A DNA stretch of 63,659 nt, filler included, from 9 parts of 9 records of this genome joined end to end with filler, not necessarily neighbours in it, one strand, 5' to 3'. Shown: positions 20,793 through 30,990, counted from the first letter of the whole stretch. Translations and numbers: made by a program. The notes: generated by a model not told the origin, from the letters alone.

Positions 20793-21701
20793 ATGAAAAT
20801 GCCCAAATTTCAGGCACAAAGCTATCTTCCCTCAGAATCAGTTGTCGCTGAACGCATTGAGGATGCCTATCCGAATCTCTCCAATGCTTTGAAAACATTC
20901 GCGGATTTTGTTCTGTCCGAGCCGATGCAAGTGGCGCAGATGAGCATCAACGAAACTGTGCACGCCTCGGGGGTCTCGGTCGCCACCGCCAACCGCTTCG
21001 CCCGCAAGCTCGGATTCGATGGTTATGCCCAATTCCGTTCGGAACTCATTCAAGGGTTTGAGCCCATGCTCGCGCCGGTCGAACGGCTTAGGCAGAAGAT
21101 TTCGGAAGGATCGTCGATTCCCGATATCATCGCCGCCTCTCTAGAAGAGGATATCGAGAATCTCCGAGAAAACAGGCTCGCCCTTGGAACAGGTCGCCTT
21201 GAACAGGCAGTCGATATGCTCATTAAGGCCGAGCGGATCTTTCTTCTCGCCTTTGACAACGCGGCGGCGCTTGCCAGCATTTTCGCCCATCGTCTGGAAA
21301 CGACCGGGAAGCATGTTGCGGAAAGTGCCGGCGGAAAACTTGCCGTCTCGCGCCATCTCGCCCTTTATGGCCCCAATGATCTGGTCGTCGTAATGGCATT
21401 TCCGCGATATATACGCGACACGGTGGACATGGCCCGCGCGGTTCATAAACGTGGCTTACCGATCCTGGCCATCACGGATACGCAGGCCTCGCCGCTTGCA
21501 AGCCTCGGCACTCTCACACTTTATGTTCAAGCCCGCCGTACGATCGGCTCAACCTCTGATACGGCGATCCTAGCCGTACTCGAAGCCTTGGCCGCCGCAG
21601 TTTCCGCCCGTTTGCCTGGCGCCGCCATGGCGGCCGAGCGCTTCGCCGATCTCGCCTATCCGTGGCTGATTGGTCCAGACGAGAAGCGCAAAACGAAATA
21701 G
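20793..21701 (+). CDS. MurR/RpiR family regulator
   Basis: HTH VSVATANRFARKLGFDGY and SIS domain FPRY...ITDTQASPLA. Confidence 0.93.
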   Translation: MKMPKFQAQSYLPSESVVAERIEDAYPNLSNALKTFADFVLSEPMQVAQMSINETVHASGVSVATANRFARKLGFDGYAQFRSELIQGFEPMLAPVERLRQKISEGSSIPDIIAASLEEDIENLRENRLALGTGRLEQAVDMLIKAERIFLLAFDNAAALASIFAHRLETTGKHVAESAGGKLAVSRHLALYGPNDLVVVMAFPRYIRDTVDMARAVHKRGLPILAITDTQASPLASLGTLTLYVQARRTIGSTSDTAILAVLEALAAAVSARLPGAAMAAERFADLAYPWLIGPDEKRKTK

Positions 21702-21792
21702 TTGTTCTTCCCGAGAGGGCATTGACGTCCTATGGACGCCCCCACAATTTGTTTCACAGGCGTTGACGTCAGATGTTGAAGCGGCTGATCCG

Positions 21793-21923
21793 GGCATTGT
21801 CAGGGGAAATTGCATGGGATCGAGAAATCCCGAACCGTTCGCTTCTCAAACAGCAAGTTCACGCCACTCGGCAAGGGCGGCGAAGCGGTTGAGTTTGAAG
21901 GTTTGGCAATTGGAAAGATGACG
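21793..21923 (-). mobile_element. IS6-family element, right end (transposase tail 21846-21923 plus terminal IR)
   Basis: Minus frame reads RHLSNCQTFKLNRFAALAEWRELAV*, typical of alphaproteobacterial IS6 transposase tails; GGCATTGTCAG at 21793 resembles IS6 termini; contig ends inside it. Confidence 0.8.
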
Positions 21924-22023
21924 NNNNNNNNNNNNNNNNNNNNNNNNNNNNNNNNNNNNNNNNNNNNTTAATTAATTAANNNNNNNNNNNNNNNNNNNNN
22001 NNNNNNNNNNNNNNNNNNNNNNN
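21924..22023. other. Artificial contig spacer 3
   Basis: N44-TTAATTAATTAA-N44. Confidence 0.99.
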
Positions 22024-22636
22024 AGTCGCAAATGGAGGGGTTCACGCTCTTGGGAACACCTTCGAACGGCGTCCATTTACTGCCCTTTATCGCATCCTGG
22101 TCCCTCATGCCTTTCAGGATCTCGATGCTGGTCTTGTATCCCTTGTACATCCGGCACATATCCATTGCCATGCCGCACACCTGGGCCAGGGCCTGGACAA
22201 GGGTGATGTCGTTGACGGAGAATTCCCAGGGCTCTGCCGTATAGACCCGGACGGCGCCGATGATCCTGCCGTGGGCGATGATGGGAACCCCCAGAAGCGA
22301 GGAGATCCCCTCCTTGGCGGCTTCCTTGGGATATTGAATCCTGGGATCGTCCTGGACATCATAGATGGCGATGGGCACGGCATCCTTTGCTTCCTTGATG
22401 GACTGCATGAAGTGAATGGGGCCCTTGTTGAGGTACTCCTGGCTCAGCCCAAAGGAGGCGGCAAGCTTCAACTCCCGGCTCTCCCTGTCCACGAGAAAGA
22501 CCGAGCACCCCTTTGCCTTGAAGGCGGTCTTGACGCTTTCAGCGGTCAACAGCGCCACCTCTTCGGGATCCTTGCAGTGGGAAATGGCATCGGTTACCTT
22601 AACCAGAGTGTCGTAGTACATTGAATGATCTTCCAT
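22024..22636 (-). CDS. GAF-domain protein, 3'-truncated
   Basis: LAASFGLSQEYLNKGP, DDPRIQYP, SLLGVPI, GAVRVYT; GAGGAGG SD. Confidence 0.85.
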
Positions 22637-23049
22637 GATACCTCCTCTTGATATCGATCATTGTGAACATGCCGGTCCAAAAGGACCAAAATGGTGAAAA
22701 AGCAACGATTTTCCGGCGACAAACAGAATAAGGGAACCGGGCCGGGCTGGTGACACGCCTCCCGTTGGGAGAATGTCTGCAACGCTCTGGCTGGATAGCG
22801 GATCAAAGGGAATTCAGAAAATATCTTGACTAACTATATCCCAAGAAAAATAAATATTCAAATGAAATCAGATGGGTTTTGCTGCCGGGGAGATGGCAAA
22901 ATTTCATTCTAAGGCGGGCGTTACGGGCTCCACATCCGCCGGGAGAACGGTTTCGCGGGTCTCAAAACGTTTTGACTTGTCCATCCCCATGGATTATGCT
23001 CAGGTCAACTGCAATGTTTACACTCGGTGTAATATAACCCCTGGAGGAG

Positions 23050-23535
23050 ATGATGAAAATACGAAAACCAACCCAAGAAAACTACGCCAAGGTATCGGCC
23101 CTGCTGCGTTCCGCCTTTCCCAACAGCCGCTACGAGGCGGGGCTGGTGGAGCAATTCCATAAAAACGAGACCCCCATCCATGAATGGGTCTGCATCCATA
23201 TCAACAAGGTCATCGCCTATATCGCATTCTCAAACGCCTACGACGGCGACGAGGTCTGCGGGCTTCACCTGGCGCCCCTGGCAGTGGCCCCCCAGTTCCA
23301 GCGCCAGGGCATCGGCTCCGAACTGATGCGGTTTGCCCTGCGCCAGAAACAGATCAAATCAAGCACCGTCTTTGTCCTGGGCGCACCCGGATTTTACCAG
23401 CGGTTCGGGTTCGAACCCTGCACCATGCCCGTCTGCCCGTTTACCAAAAACAACAAACACTTTTCAGCCCTTCGCAACACCACGACAACCCAGTTCACCG
23501 TGGGGTATGAACCGGAGTTCGGAGCCGGCCGATGA
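23050..23535 (+). CDS. GNAT N-acetyltransferase (YhbS-like)
   Basis: LAPLAVAPQFQRQGIGSEL, VLGAPGFYQRFGF. Confidence 0.9.
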   Translation: MMKIRKPTQENYAKVSALLRSAFPNSRYEAGLVEQFHKNETPIHEWVCIHINKVIAYIAFSNAYDGDEVCGLHLAPLAVAPQFQRQGIGSELMRFALRQKQIKSSTVFVLGAPGFYQRFGFEPCTMPVCPFTKNNKHFSALRNTTTTQFTVGYEPEFGAGR

Positions 23536-24077
23536 AAACCCGGCTCCTTGGCGGCATCCCCCTGAAATTCGTGGAATTCCTGCCCCTGGCCCTGTTCCTG
23601 CTCCTGGTCAGGACAATGGACACCTCCGTTCCCGAGAACTGGAAGCTCCCCTTTATTGCGGCGGGGGCTGCGGCCCTTTCGGTCACCCTGGTGATGCTGT
23701 TGAAACGGCAGCCCCTCAACCGGCTCTGCCTTGGCATCAATCTCCACCTTGCAAGCGGCGCCCTTGCCTTCATTACCCGCCAGTGGTGGCTCAACGATCT
23801 CTACGGCCGGCTCCAGGCCTCGGGCATGCTGGCATGGGTCTGCCTTGTCGGGGTCGTCACCACCCTTGTCACCCCCAGGGGGTTCATCAACAGCCATGGT
23901 CACCGGAAAGGGCCGATACTGCGTTTCTCACTCTATCTCCTCGGCTTTTCCCTGGCGGCATTTGCCGTCTCATTTGCTTTCCGGGGCAACCGGGTAATGT
24001 CCGAAACGGTTCCCTTCATCGGCCTGTTCACCGTCCAGGCCATCCTCCAGTCCCGGTTATCCGTACAGAAGTGCTGA
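23532..24077 (+). CDS. Hypothetical multi-pass membrane protein
   Basis: About 6 hydrophobic segments; ATGA overlap with the GNAT gene. Confidence 0.7.
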   Translation: MKTRLLGGIPLKFVEFLPLALFLLLVRTMDTSVPENWKLPFIAAGAAALSVTLVMLLKRQPLNRLCLGINLHLASGALAFITRQWWLNDLYGRLQASGMLAWVCLVGVVTTLVTPRGFINSHGHRKGPILRFSLYLLGFSLAAFAVSFAFRGNRVMSETVPFIGLFTVQAILQSRLSVQKC

Positions 24078-24158
24078 CCATGTTGCATGCACGGGCAGGG
24101 CAGGGGGAGACAGCTGCCCCCCTGTCCCGTTGACGCCCCCCGACAAGCCTGACCCGCG

Positions 24159-25022
24159 TCAGGCGGTGAGATCGGCCCACCAGACGTTCATGCTCTCAAG
24201 CCCCCCTGCGATATGGGTGTTGTTCACCAGCATGCCCCCATGCCGATAACCGGCCCGGGCAAAGGCAATGTTCATGCCGTAGGAGGTGGCCCGGGCAATG
24301 GTGTAGGCGGTTCCGATGCCCATGGCCCGAACCGCCCGGCCCATGGTGTAAAGCAAAAGATCGGCAAGCCCCCGGCCCCGCATATGGGGAAGGATCGCAA
24401 AATCGGTCATCTCCGCACTCGATGATGCCGTGTCCACCTCGGCCGAAGAAAGGGCGACCAGCTCACGGCCCTCAAAAACGCCAAAATACCGCCCATGGGA
24501 GGCCATGGTCTCTTGGATGAAACCGGGCTCCATGATGGGAAAGGGATAGGAGGCAAATACCCGGCCGTAGAGCCGGGCCATGATCCCGGCCTGGGCCGGT
24601 TCCATGGGCGTCACCCGGAGTCGGCTGTCAACGGACCGAAGGGCGCCGGCCCTTGACAGGGAGGCGGTAAGCACCCGGTCAAGCAGGGCGCCGTTCTCGA
24701 CCCTGGCCCGGTGGGCGGTGAGGAATCGTCCCATGAAAAGACCCGCCTCATCCTTGTTGAACAGCCTTGGGACCCTTGCTTCCACCCTGTAGCCGGCCTT
24801 GACAAATGGGGCTTCCATGGATGCCGGCACCTTGGCAAATATCTTTGAATACCCCTTTTCCCGGGCCAGGGTCTCCAGGCGGTCCACCATACGGCCCCGG
24901 TCCCGGGGGCCAAGGGTCATCAGATAGACGCGGTCACTGAGTTTTCCGTGCTGGACAGTGGATTCGCCCAGGGTCTCCATACGATCGGGTGTCATCACTC
25001 CTGTTTCTCCTTCCTGATTCAA
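24159..25022 (-). CDS. ablB: Putative beta-lysine N-acetyltransferase
   Basis: QHGKLSDRVYLM, GYSKIFAKVP, VFASYPFPI, AEMTDFA, TIARATSYGMN, NNTHIAGGLESMNVW; true start may be ATG 24995. Confidence 0.85.
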   Translation of the reverse strand: MNQEGETGVMTPDRMETLGESTVQHGKLSDRVYLMTLGPRDRGRMVDRLETLAREKGYSKIFAKVPASMEAPFVKAGYRVEARVPRLFNKDEAGLFMGRFLTAHRARVENGALLDRVLTASLSRAGALRSVDSRLRVTPMEPAQAGIMARLYGRVFASYPFPIMEPGFIQETMASHGRYFGVFEGRELVALSSAEVDTASSSAEMTDFAILPHMRGRGLADLLLYTMGRAVRAMGIGTAYTIARATSYGMNIAFARAGYRHGGMLVNNTHIAGGLESMNVWWADLTA

Positions 25023-25238
25023 ACCATGTGAGCCGATACCGCTCTATAACGGATCGCCCTTCCCATGCAAGGCCCCATCATTACCCTGGTTTACCGGACC
25101 TGGCAACCCCCTTAAAGGTCACAGATGCCGTCAATGGGAATTGTGTCCATACCAAAGCCAACAGACAAAAAACTGTAACCGTCATCAAACCCGGTAACTG
25201 TGTCTTGTTATTTCCCGTAAACCCTGTAGATTAATCCC

Positions 25239-26690
25239 ATGAAACCGCATCCGACAAATCCGACCCGGCCCATGCCGCTCTACGAAACCGTGGCGTCAAA
25301 GATCGTCGACCTCGTGAAACGGGGCACCTTCAATCCGGGGGAGCGGGTCCCCTCCATCAGGAACCTGAGCCGGCAGCTCAAGGTGAGCGTCAACACGGTC
25401 AAGACCGCCTACGCCTTTCTCGAGGACAGGCGGGTGATCCAGGCAAAACCCCAGTCCGGGTACTACGTCTGCCCACGGCTTCCCGAACCGCCCCGGGAGC
25501 CCGAGATAACCACACCGGCCTTTGACCCGGCCGTCATCAGCGCAAGCGAGCTTGTGCTCCGCATCATGGGGGATGTGATGTCGCCGGATATCGTGCAGTT
25601 CGGGGCGGCCATCCCGGACCCCGCCCTGGTGCCCACCGCGAAACTGAACCGCATGCTCTCATCAGAGACCCGGCGTTTCCCCGATGAAAGCACGGCCTAT
25701 GCCATGCCGCCGGGCAATATCCGCCTGCGCACCCAGATCGCCAAGCAGATGATGAAGGCCGGCTGCACCCTTCACCCGGATGATATCCTCATCACCAACG
25801 GCGCTTCCGAAGCGGTTTTCCTGGCCCTCAAGGCCATATGCAAGCCCGGGGACACCCTGGTGATCGGCGCCCCCCTCTACTTCACCTTTCTCCAGATGAT
25901 CCAGGGCCTGGGGCTGAAGGTGCTGGAGATTCCCATGTCCCCCACCCGGGGCATCAACCTGGAAGCCCTGGAGATCGCCCTTGACCGGCACCGGGTGCAG
26001 GCCTGCCTGCTCATCCCCAATTTCAACAACCCCCTGGGCTTCTGCATGGACGATGACAGTAAGAGGCGCCTCCTTAAATTGATGAAACACCATACCGTTC
26101 CCGTGATCGAAGACGACATCAACGGCGATCTCTCCTTTTCCGGCACCCGGCCTTCGGTGATCAAGGCCTGGGACAGGGCGGGGGATGTCCTACTTTGCTC
26201 CTCCTTCTCAAAAACCCTGGCCCCGGGATACCGGGTGGGCTGGATCGCCCCGGGCAAATATATGGACAGCATCCGGCGCGAAAAGCTCATGATCAACATC
26301 GCCACCCCCACCCCGACCCAGCTGGCCGTTGCCGAGTTCCTGGTCAGCGGCGGGTATGAACACCACCTGCGGTCCATCCGGAAAATCTATGGCAAAAGAA
26401 TCGTTCAGATGGCCGATGCCGTGGGACACTACTTTCCTTCCGGCACCCGGGTCACCCGGCCCGAGGGCGGGTTTGCCCTGTGGGTGGAGATGCCCGAAAA
26501 TGTGGACAGCATCGCCCTTTACGGCCTGGCATTGAAAAAAGGGATCACGGTGGCGCCGGGCAAGATATTTTCCCCCACCGACCACTTCAACCACTGCATC
26601 CGGCTCAACGCGGCGTTCTGGTCCGAGGAAACCCGCTGGGCCGTGAAAACCCTGGGCAAGATCGTCTGCCAACTGTCCAATAACAATTAA
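25239..26690 (+). CDS. MocR-subfamily GntR regulator with PLP aminotransferase domain
   Basis: wHTH PGERVPSIRNLS...VSVNTV; SSFSKTLAPGYRVGW. Confidence 0.93.
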   Translation: MKPHPTNPTRPMPLYETVASKIVDLVKRGTFNPGERVPSIRNLSRQLKVSVNTVKTAYAFLEDRRVIQAKPQSGYYVCPRLPEPPREPEITTPAFDPAVISASELVLRIMGDVMSPDIVQFGAAIPDPALVPTAKLNRMLSSETRRFPDESTAYAMPPGNIRLRTQIAKQMMKAGCTLHPDDILITNGASEAVFLALKAICKPGDTLVIGAPLYFTFLQMIQGLGLKVLEIPMSPTRGINLEALEIALDRHRVQACLLIPNFNNPLGFCMDDDSKRRLLKLMKHHTVPVIEDDINGDLSFSGTRPSVIKAWDRAGDVLLCSSFSKTLAPGYRVGWIAPGKYMDSIRREKLMINIATPTPTQLAVAEFLVSGGYEHHLRSIRKIYGKRIVQMADAVGHYFPSGTRVTRPEGGFALWVEMPENVDSIALYGLALKKGITVAPGKIFSPTDHFNHCIRLNAAFWSEETRWAVKTLGKIVCQLSNNN

Positions 26691-26723
26691 ACAACCAAAC
26701 ACCCCACCAAGAGGAGACCGAAA

Positions 26724-27647
26724 ATGGAAAATTTCCTGTTCTACACCCTTACCGTATTGATCTGGGGCTCCACCTGGCTGGCCATCAAATTCCAGCTGGG
26801 GCCCATCGATCCGATGATCTCCGTGATCTACCGCTTCAGCCTTGCCGCGGCCCTGCTCATGGCCTGGTGCGTCGTCAACCGCCTCAGGATGCGCTTCACC
26901 CTGAAGGATCACGCCTTCATGGTTCTCCAGGGCGCCCTCCTGTTCGGGGTCAACTACTGGCTCTTTTACGTGGCGGAACTCTATATCACCAGCGGCCTGG
27001 CCGCAGTGATCTTTTCCACCATCGTGGTCATGAACATGGTCAACGCCAACATTTTTCTCAAGGCGCCCTTTGATCCCAAGGTGATCGCGGGCGGCGCCCT
27101 GGGCCTTGTGGGCATCGTCTTCGTGTTCAAACCCGAGCTTGCCTGTTTTCATTTCGGGGACAACGGCATGAAGGGCATGGTGCTGTGCCTTGTGGCCACC
27201 TATTTCGCCTCCCTTGGCAACATCATCTCGGCCCGGAACCAGAAGCAGGGGCTGCCCGTCATCCAGACCAACGCCTATGGCATGGCCTACGGCACCATAT
27301 TGATGCTGATGGTGGCCCTGGTCACGGGCAAAGAGTTTACCCTTGTCCTGTCCACCCCCTATGTCACCGCCCTGGTCTATCTGGCCGTGTTCGGCTCCAT
27401 CGTGGCCTTTGGCTGCTATCTGTCCCTGGTGGGCCGCATCGGCGCGGACCGCGCCGCCTATGCCACCCTGCTCTTTCCCATTGTGGCCCTTGTCATCTCA
27501 ACCATCTGGGAGAACTACCACTGGAGCGGCGAGGCCGTCATCGGGGTGACCCTGATCCTCTTCGGCAACCTGCTCATGGTGAACAAGCGCCCCACCACCG
27601 GGGTCAGGTCTACACTCTTGACAAAAAACTCAGGGGGACAAGCCTAG
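26724..27647 (+). CDS. EamA/DMT transporter
   Basis: LIWGSTWLAIK, YLAVFGSIVAF, about 10 TMs. Confidence 0.92.
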   Translation: MENFLFYTLTVLIWGSTWLAIKFQLGPIDPMISVIYRFSLAAALLMAWCVVNRLRMRFTLKDHAFMVLQGALLFGVNYWLFYVAELYITSGLAAVIFSTIVVMNMVNANIFLKAPFDPKVIAGGALGLVGIVFVFKPELACFHFGDNGMKGMVLCLVATYFASLGNIISARNQKQGLPVIQTNAYGMAYGTILMLMVALVTGKEFTLVLSTPYVTALVYLAVFGSIVAFGCYLSLVGRIGADRAAYATLLFPIVALVISTIWENYHWSGEAVIGVTLILFGNLLMVNKRPTTGVRSTLLTKNSGGQA

Positions 27648-28948
27648 CTTATATTCAGGCCGGCCCCCAGCATATAGAGGAGCGGCATCAGGTACAGGGC
27701 CGTTTGCATGGCCCTGGACTTCCTGAAACCGCCCATGAAGATCACCACAAACAGCCCCGCAAACACGGACGCCCCCCGAAGGCCCATGGAGAGGTAGCTC
27801 CACTTGAGAATGGTGGAATCAAGGCCCGTGAACACAATGGCCGTGGATGCGGCCAGCACCGCCAGGGCGCAGGTCCGGATCAGCCGCAACGGCTCCATGC
27901 TGACCGACAGGCGCGGCATTTTGGCGATCACATCCATGTAAAGGTTGGTTGTGACCCCCAGCACCAGGCCCGCCCCGGTGCCAAGCACCACGAGAAGCAA
28001 TCCCGCGGAAAAAAAGGCGGCAACGCCCGGGGGAAAGACGAGTTTGAAGAAGAATGGCAGGGCCTGGGCACTGTTGCCGTCAAGCTCCGGGTGGCACGCC
28101 CTGAGATAGAGCCCGATAATGATGCCGAGGATACCGATGGGCGGAATCACGATGGCGCTCAGGAAGGCGCCGTTCCGGGCCTGCCGGACGGTTTTTGCGG
28201 CAAAGATCGCCTGGAGGTAGATCTGGGTGGAGAGCACCCCCACGATCATGGAGCCCATGTCCACCAGGGTGGGCACCACCCCGTAGGAAAAGAGGCTCAG
28301 GAACCGGCCCTCTTGGGGCAACCGGGCAAGGATCCCTTCAAATCCCCCGCCGTTTCGAACCGCCAGCACCGCGGAGAGCACCATGATGCCGTAGAGCATG
28401 AAAAACTTGATTCTCCCCACCGTACCGGCCCCGGCAATGCCGCCGGACACCACGAATACCACCATAAGGCAGGTGGTGATCACCACCGATACCGCCTGGG
28501 AGAAACCGAACACGGACTGGAGGATGGCCATGGCGGCAAGGTACTGGGCGATGATGTGGATGAACATGCCCAGAGAGTTGAAAAAACTGCTGTAGTATTG
28601 AAACCTTTCCCCAAAGTAGTTGCCCAGGAATTCCGAGACGGTGACCACCTTTTCCCGCCGCAGGGCCACGGCAAAGAAACAGCCCAGGACAAAGCAGGAG
28701 ATGCCGCTTCCCAAAGTGAAGATCCAGGCGGCCAGCCCGTGGTCATAGGCAGCCTGGACCGTTCCAATGGTGGAAATCCCCCCAACCAGGGTGCCGATGA
28801 TCACCCAGGAGACCTGGGCAGAGGTGAGGGACCGGTCGGCAACGGAAAAATCCCGGCCGGTCTTGACGGTTCTGGACGTTCGGATCACAAACCACGAGAT
28901 GAGCACAAAGGAAACGGTAAACACGGCGCAATACAGATAATTGTCCAC
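27644..28948 (-). CDS. Sodium:solute symporter family protein
   Basis: DFSVADRSL, GTLVGGISTIGT, many TMs. Confidence 0.85.
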   Translation of the reverse strand: MDNYLYCAVFTVSFVLISWFVIRTSRTVKTGRDFSVADRSLTSAQVSWVIIGTLVGGISTIGTVQAAYDHGLAAWIFTLGSGISCFVLGCFFAVALRREKVVTVSEFLGNYFGERFQYYSSFFNSLGMFIHIIAQYLAAMAILQSVFGFSQAVSVVITTCLMVVFVVSGGIAGAGTVGRIKFFMLYGIMVLSAVLAVRNGGGFEGILARLPQEGRFLSLFSYGVVPTLVDMGSMIVGVLSTQIYLQAIFAAKTVRQARNGAFLSAIVIPPIGILGIIIGLYLRACHPELDGNSAQALPFFFKLVFPPGVAAFFSAGLLLVVLGTGAGLVLGVTTNLYMDVIAKMPRLSVSMEPLRLIRTCALAVLAASTAIVFTGLDSTILKWSYLSMGLRGASVFAGLFVVIFMGGFRKSRAMQTALYLMPLLYMLGAGLNIS

Positions 28949-29098
28949 GACACCTCCAACAGCTTTTCATAATCCGGGGCGGGGAAAGGTAAACACATCG
29001 CAACAGAGAAAAATGTCCACGGCGCCCCCGGAATCGGTTGATTTTCAATGAAATCAGGTCTACACCCTTTTTTCCCAAGGGTCAAGACCGCAACCGGA

Positions 29099-29902
29099 TC
29101 AGTGGTAGTAGTGGTCGTGGACCTTGTCGGCAAAGGCCTCGAACTTCTCGTAGGCCTCCTTGTCAAGGGATGCGGAGTAGAGATTCACCACGAGATCATG
29201 GGAGATGTAGTCCTCGCTGATCTCCATGAACCCCTGATCCCGGGTCCAGGTCACCTTGCTCTCCTCCCCCCTTGAGACAATGCCGGAAATGGTATGGGTG
29301 CTGTCGATGATGATGGACATGAACCGCTCCTTTTTCTCGGCAAGATACCGGTCCATGCGCCGGTGGGGCACCAGGTCCTCGTAGCGGTTGTTGCTCCCGA
29401 AATAGATGCCCCGGAGACGCACCCCCCGTTCAAGGGCCCGGTCCAGTTCCGGGTAGAGCTCCTTGATCTCCTCCTCCCACACGGACATGGCGATCCGTTT
29501 CTCGGCCCCGTCGATCAGCTGTTTCAAAAAGCCGATGATGTGCTTGCGCCCCCGGATCACCACCAGCCGGTCATCCTTCTTCTTTGCCTTGTAGAGCTTG
29601 CTGGTGTAATCGGAAAGGTTGGAGAACACATCTGTGTAGCTCGCCTTGAGATTAGCAAAAAAGGCGGCCGGCTCCACCGGATAATAGAGCTTGTTCTTCT
29701 CCTCTTCCTGCTCCAGCACCATCTCCTTGGCCATCAAATTTTTCAGGACCTCATAGATCCTCGATCGGGGTATGCCGGAAGCCTTGCTCAAGGCATACCC
29801 GTTCAAGGGGAACTCCGCAAGCAGGGCCAGATAGGCCTTGCACTCATACTCGGAGAACCCCAGGCGTTTCATGTCGTCCATGACGATACTAACCGTATCC
29901 AT
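29099..29902 (-). CDS. TrmB family regulator
   Basis: LGFSEYECKAYLALL, SGIPRSRIYEVL. Confidence 0.9.
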   Translation of the reverse strand: MDTVSIVMDDMKRLGFSEYECKAYLALLAEFPLNGYALSKASGIPRSRIYEVLKNLMAKEMVLEQEEEKNKLYYPVEPAAFFANLKASYTDVFSNLSDYTSKLYKAKKKDDRLVVIRGRKHIIGFLKQLIDGAEKRIAMSVWEEEIKELYPELDRALERGVRLRGIYFGSNNRYEDLVPHRRMDRYLAEKKERFMSIIIDSTHTISGIVSRGEESKVTWTRDQGFMEISEDYISHDLVVNLYSASLDKEAYEKFEAFADKVHDHYYH

Positions 29903-29925
29903 CTAAACCGTTTACTCCTCCATTT

Positions 29926-30234
29926 TCAAACATTGGCCCAAAGCACGCAATAGGTGACCGCCACGGATCCCAGGACCGGCACGATGATCCCGCCCCGGAA
30001 CAACCCGTAGGCAATGGTGAATCCCATGCCGGCAGCGGCGGCCAGGGGCAGATCAGGGGTTGCCTGAAACGCGCCCGGGACGATCAGGGCCCCCAGGGCG
30101 GCCAGGGGAATGCATTTTAAAAACGCGTCCATGCGCTGGGGAATCTTTCGATTGCCAATGAACAGCAGGGGGATCAGCCTGGGCAGGTAGGTCACCACCG
30201 CCATTCCAAGTATCAAGGGTATCAAGGTTTTCAT
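29926..30234 (-). CDS. azlD: AzlD branched-chain amino-acid export subunit
   Basis: GMAVVTYLPRLIP, ALGALIVP. Confidence 0.85.
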   Translation of the reverse strand: MKTLIPLILGMAVVTYLPRLIPLLFIGNRKIPQRMDAFLKCIPLAALGALIVPGAFQATPDLPLAAAAGMGFTIAYGLFRGGIIVPVLGSVAVTYCVLWANV

Positions 30235-30926
30235 GGAATTTCTCCTTCTTTTTCAAACGTCATGAAAAAACTGCCCATGGAAGCCACGACCACGATGCAG
30301 ACAATGATGGTCCACCCCGTGGGCAGGATGTCCAGGTAGACCAACCAGGTGTTGAGCAGGGCCGAAGAGAGTGCCAGGACCAACGCCCGCCCCGAAGCCT
30401 TGACCTCGGGCATCAGGATGGCAAGGAGCAGGGCATACAGGGCCACCCCCATGCTCTTTGACAAAATCGCCGGCAAAAAGCCCCCCAGGATAAAACCGGC
30501 CACGCTGCCGGCCACCCATGCCGAATAGGCGCACAGCTCCACGAAAAACACATGGGTCTTGGAGATCTCTCCCTTGGTAAAGGAAAGCACGGAAAACACC
30601 TCGTCCGTGATGCCGAAGGCCAGGGGAAACAGGTATCGTTTTGGCAGGTGTCCCAGCCGGGTGGAGAGGCTGGCGCTCATCAGGAAATGGCGAAAGTTGA
30701 CCAGCAGGGTGGTCAGGATAATGCCCCCCGGCCCCATGCCCGATACCAGCAGGTTCAAGGCAATGAACTGACTGGCCCCGGCAAAGACCACGGCCGAAAA
30801 AAGAAAACACTCCAACAACGTTACGTCGCACGCCTTGGCCAGTATGCCGAAGGCAACGGCCACAGGCACAAACCCGATGGAAATCGGGAGCCCGGCCCTT
30901 AAGGCGGCCCCTATCTTTTGTTTCAT
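30231..30926 (-). CDS. azlC: AzlC permease
   Basis: VFAGASQF, LLVNFRHFLMS, ITDEVF. Confidence 0.92.
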   Translation of the reverse strand: MKQKIGAALRAGLPISIGFVPVAVAFGILAKACDVTLLECFLFSAVVFAGASQFIALNLLVSGMGPGGIILTTLLVNFRHFLMSASLSTRLGHLPKRYLFPLAFGITDEVFSVLSFTKGEISKTHVFFVELCAYSAWVAGSVAGFILGGFLPAILSKSMGVALYALLLAILMPEVKASGRALVLALSSALLNTWLVYLDILPTGWTIIVCIVVVASMGSFFMTFEKEGEIP

Positions 30927-30954
30927 AGATCTATCTCCCTCGCTTGGTTTCAGT

Positions 30955-30990
30955 TAGTGACTATTATAGTAACTACTATCTTTCTGTCAA
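30955..30990 (-). promoter_or_regulatory. Sigma-70 promoter of azlC-azlD-trmB with overlapping palindromic operator
   Basis: Minus strand TTGACA (30990-30985), 16 nt, TATAAT (30968-30963); inverted repeat TAGTGACTAT-T-ATAGTAACTA at 30955-30975 covers the -10. Confidence 0.75.

Noticed and set aside
21731..21743. TATGGACGCCCCC, reminiscent of IS110/IS1111 ends
   Set aside because: Only 13 nt, with no transposase or partner end
27185..28972. 595-aa plus-strand ORF
   Set aside because: Off-frame over EamA and antisense to the symporter; composition typical of GC-rich shadow frames
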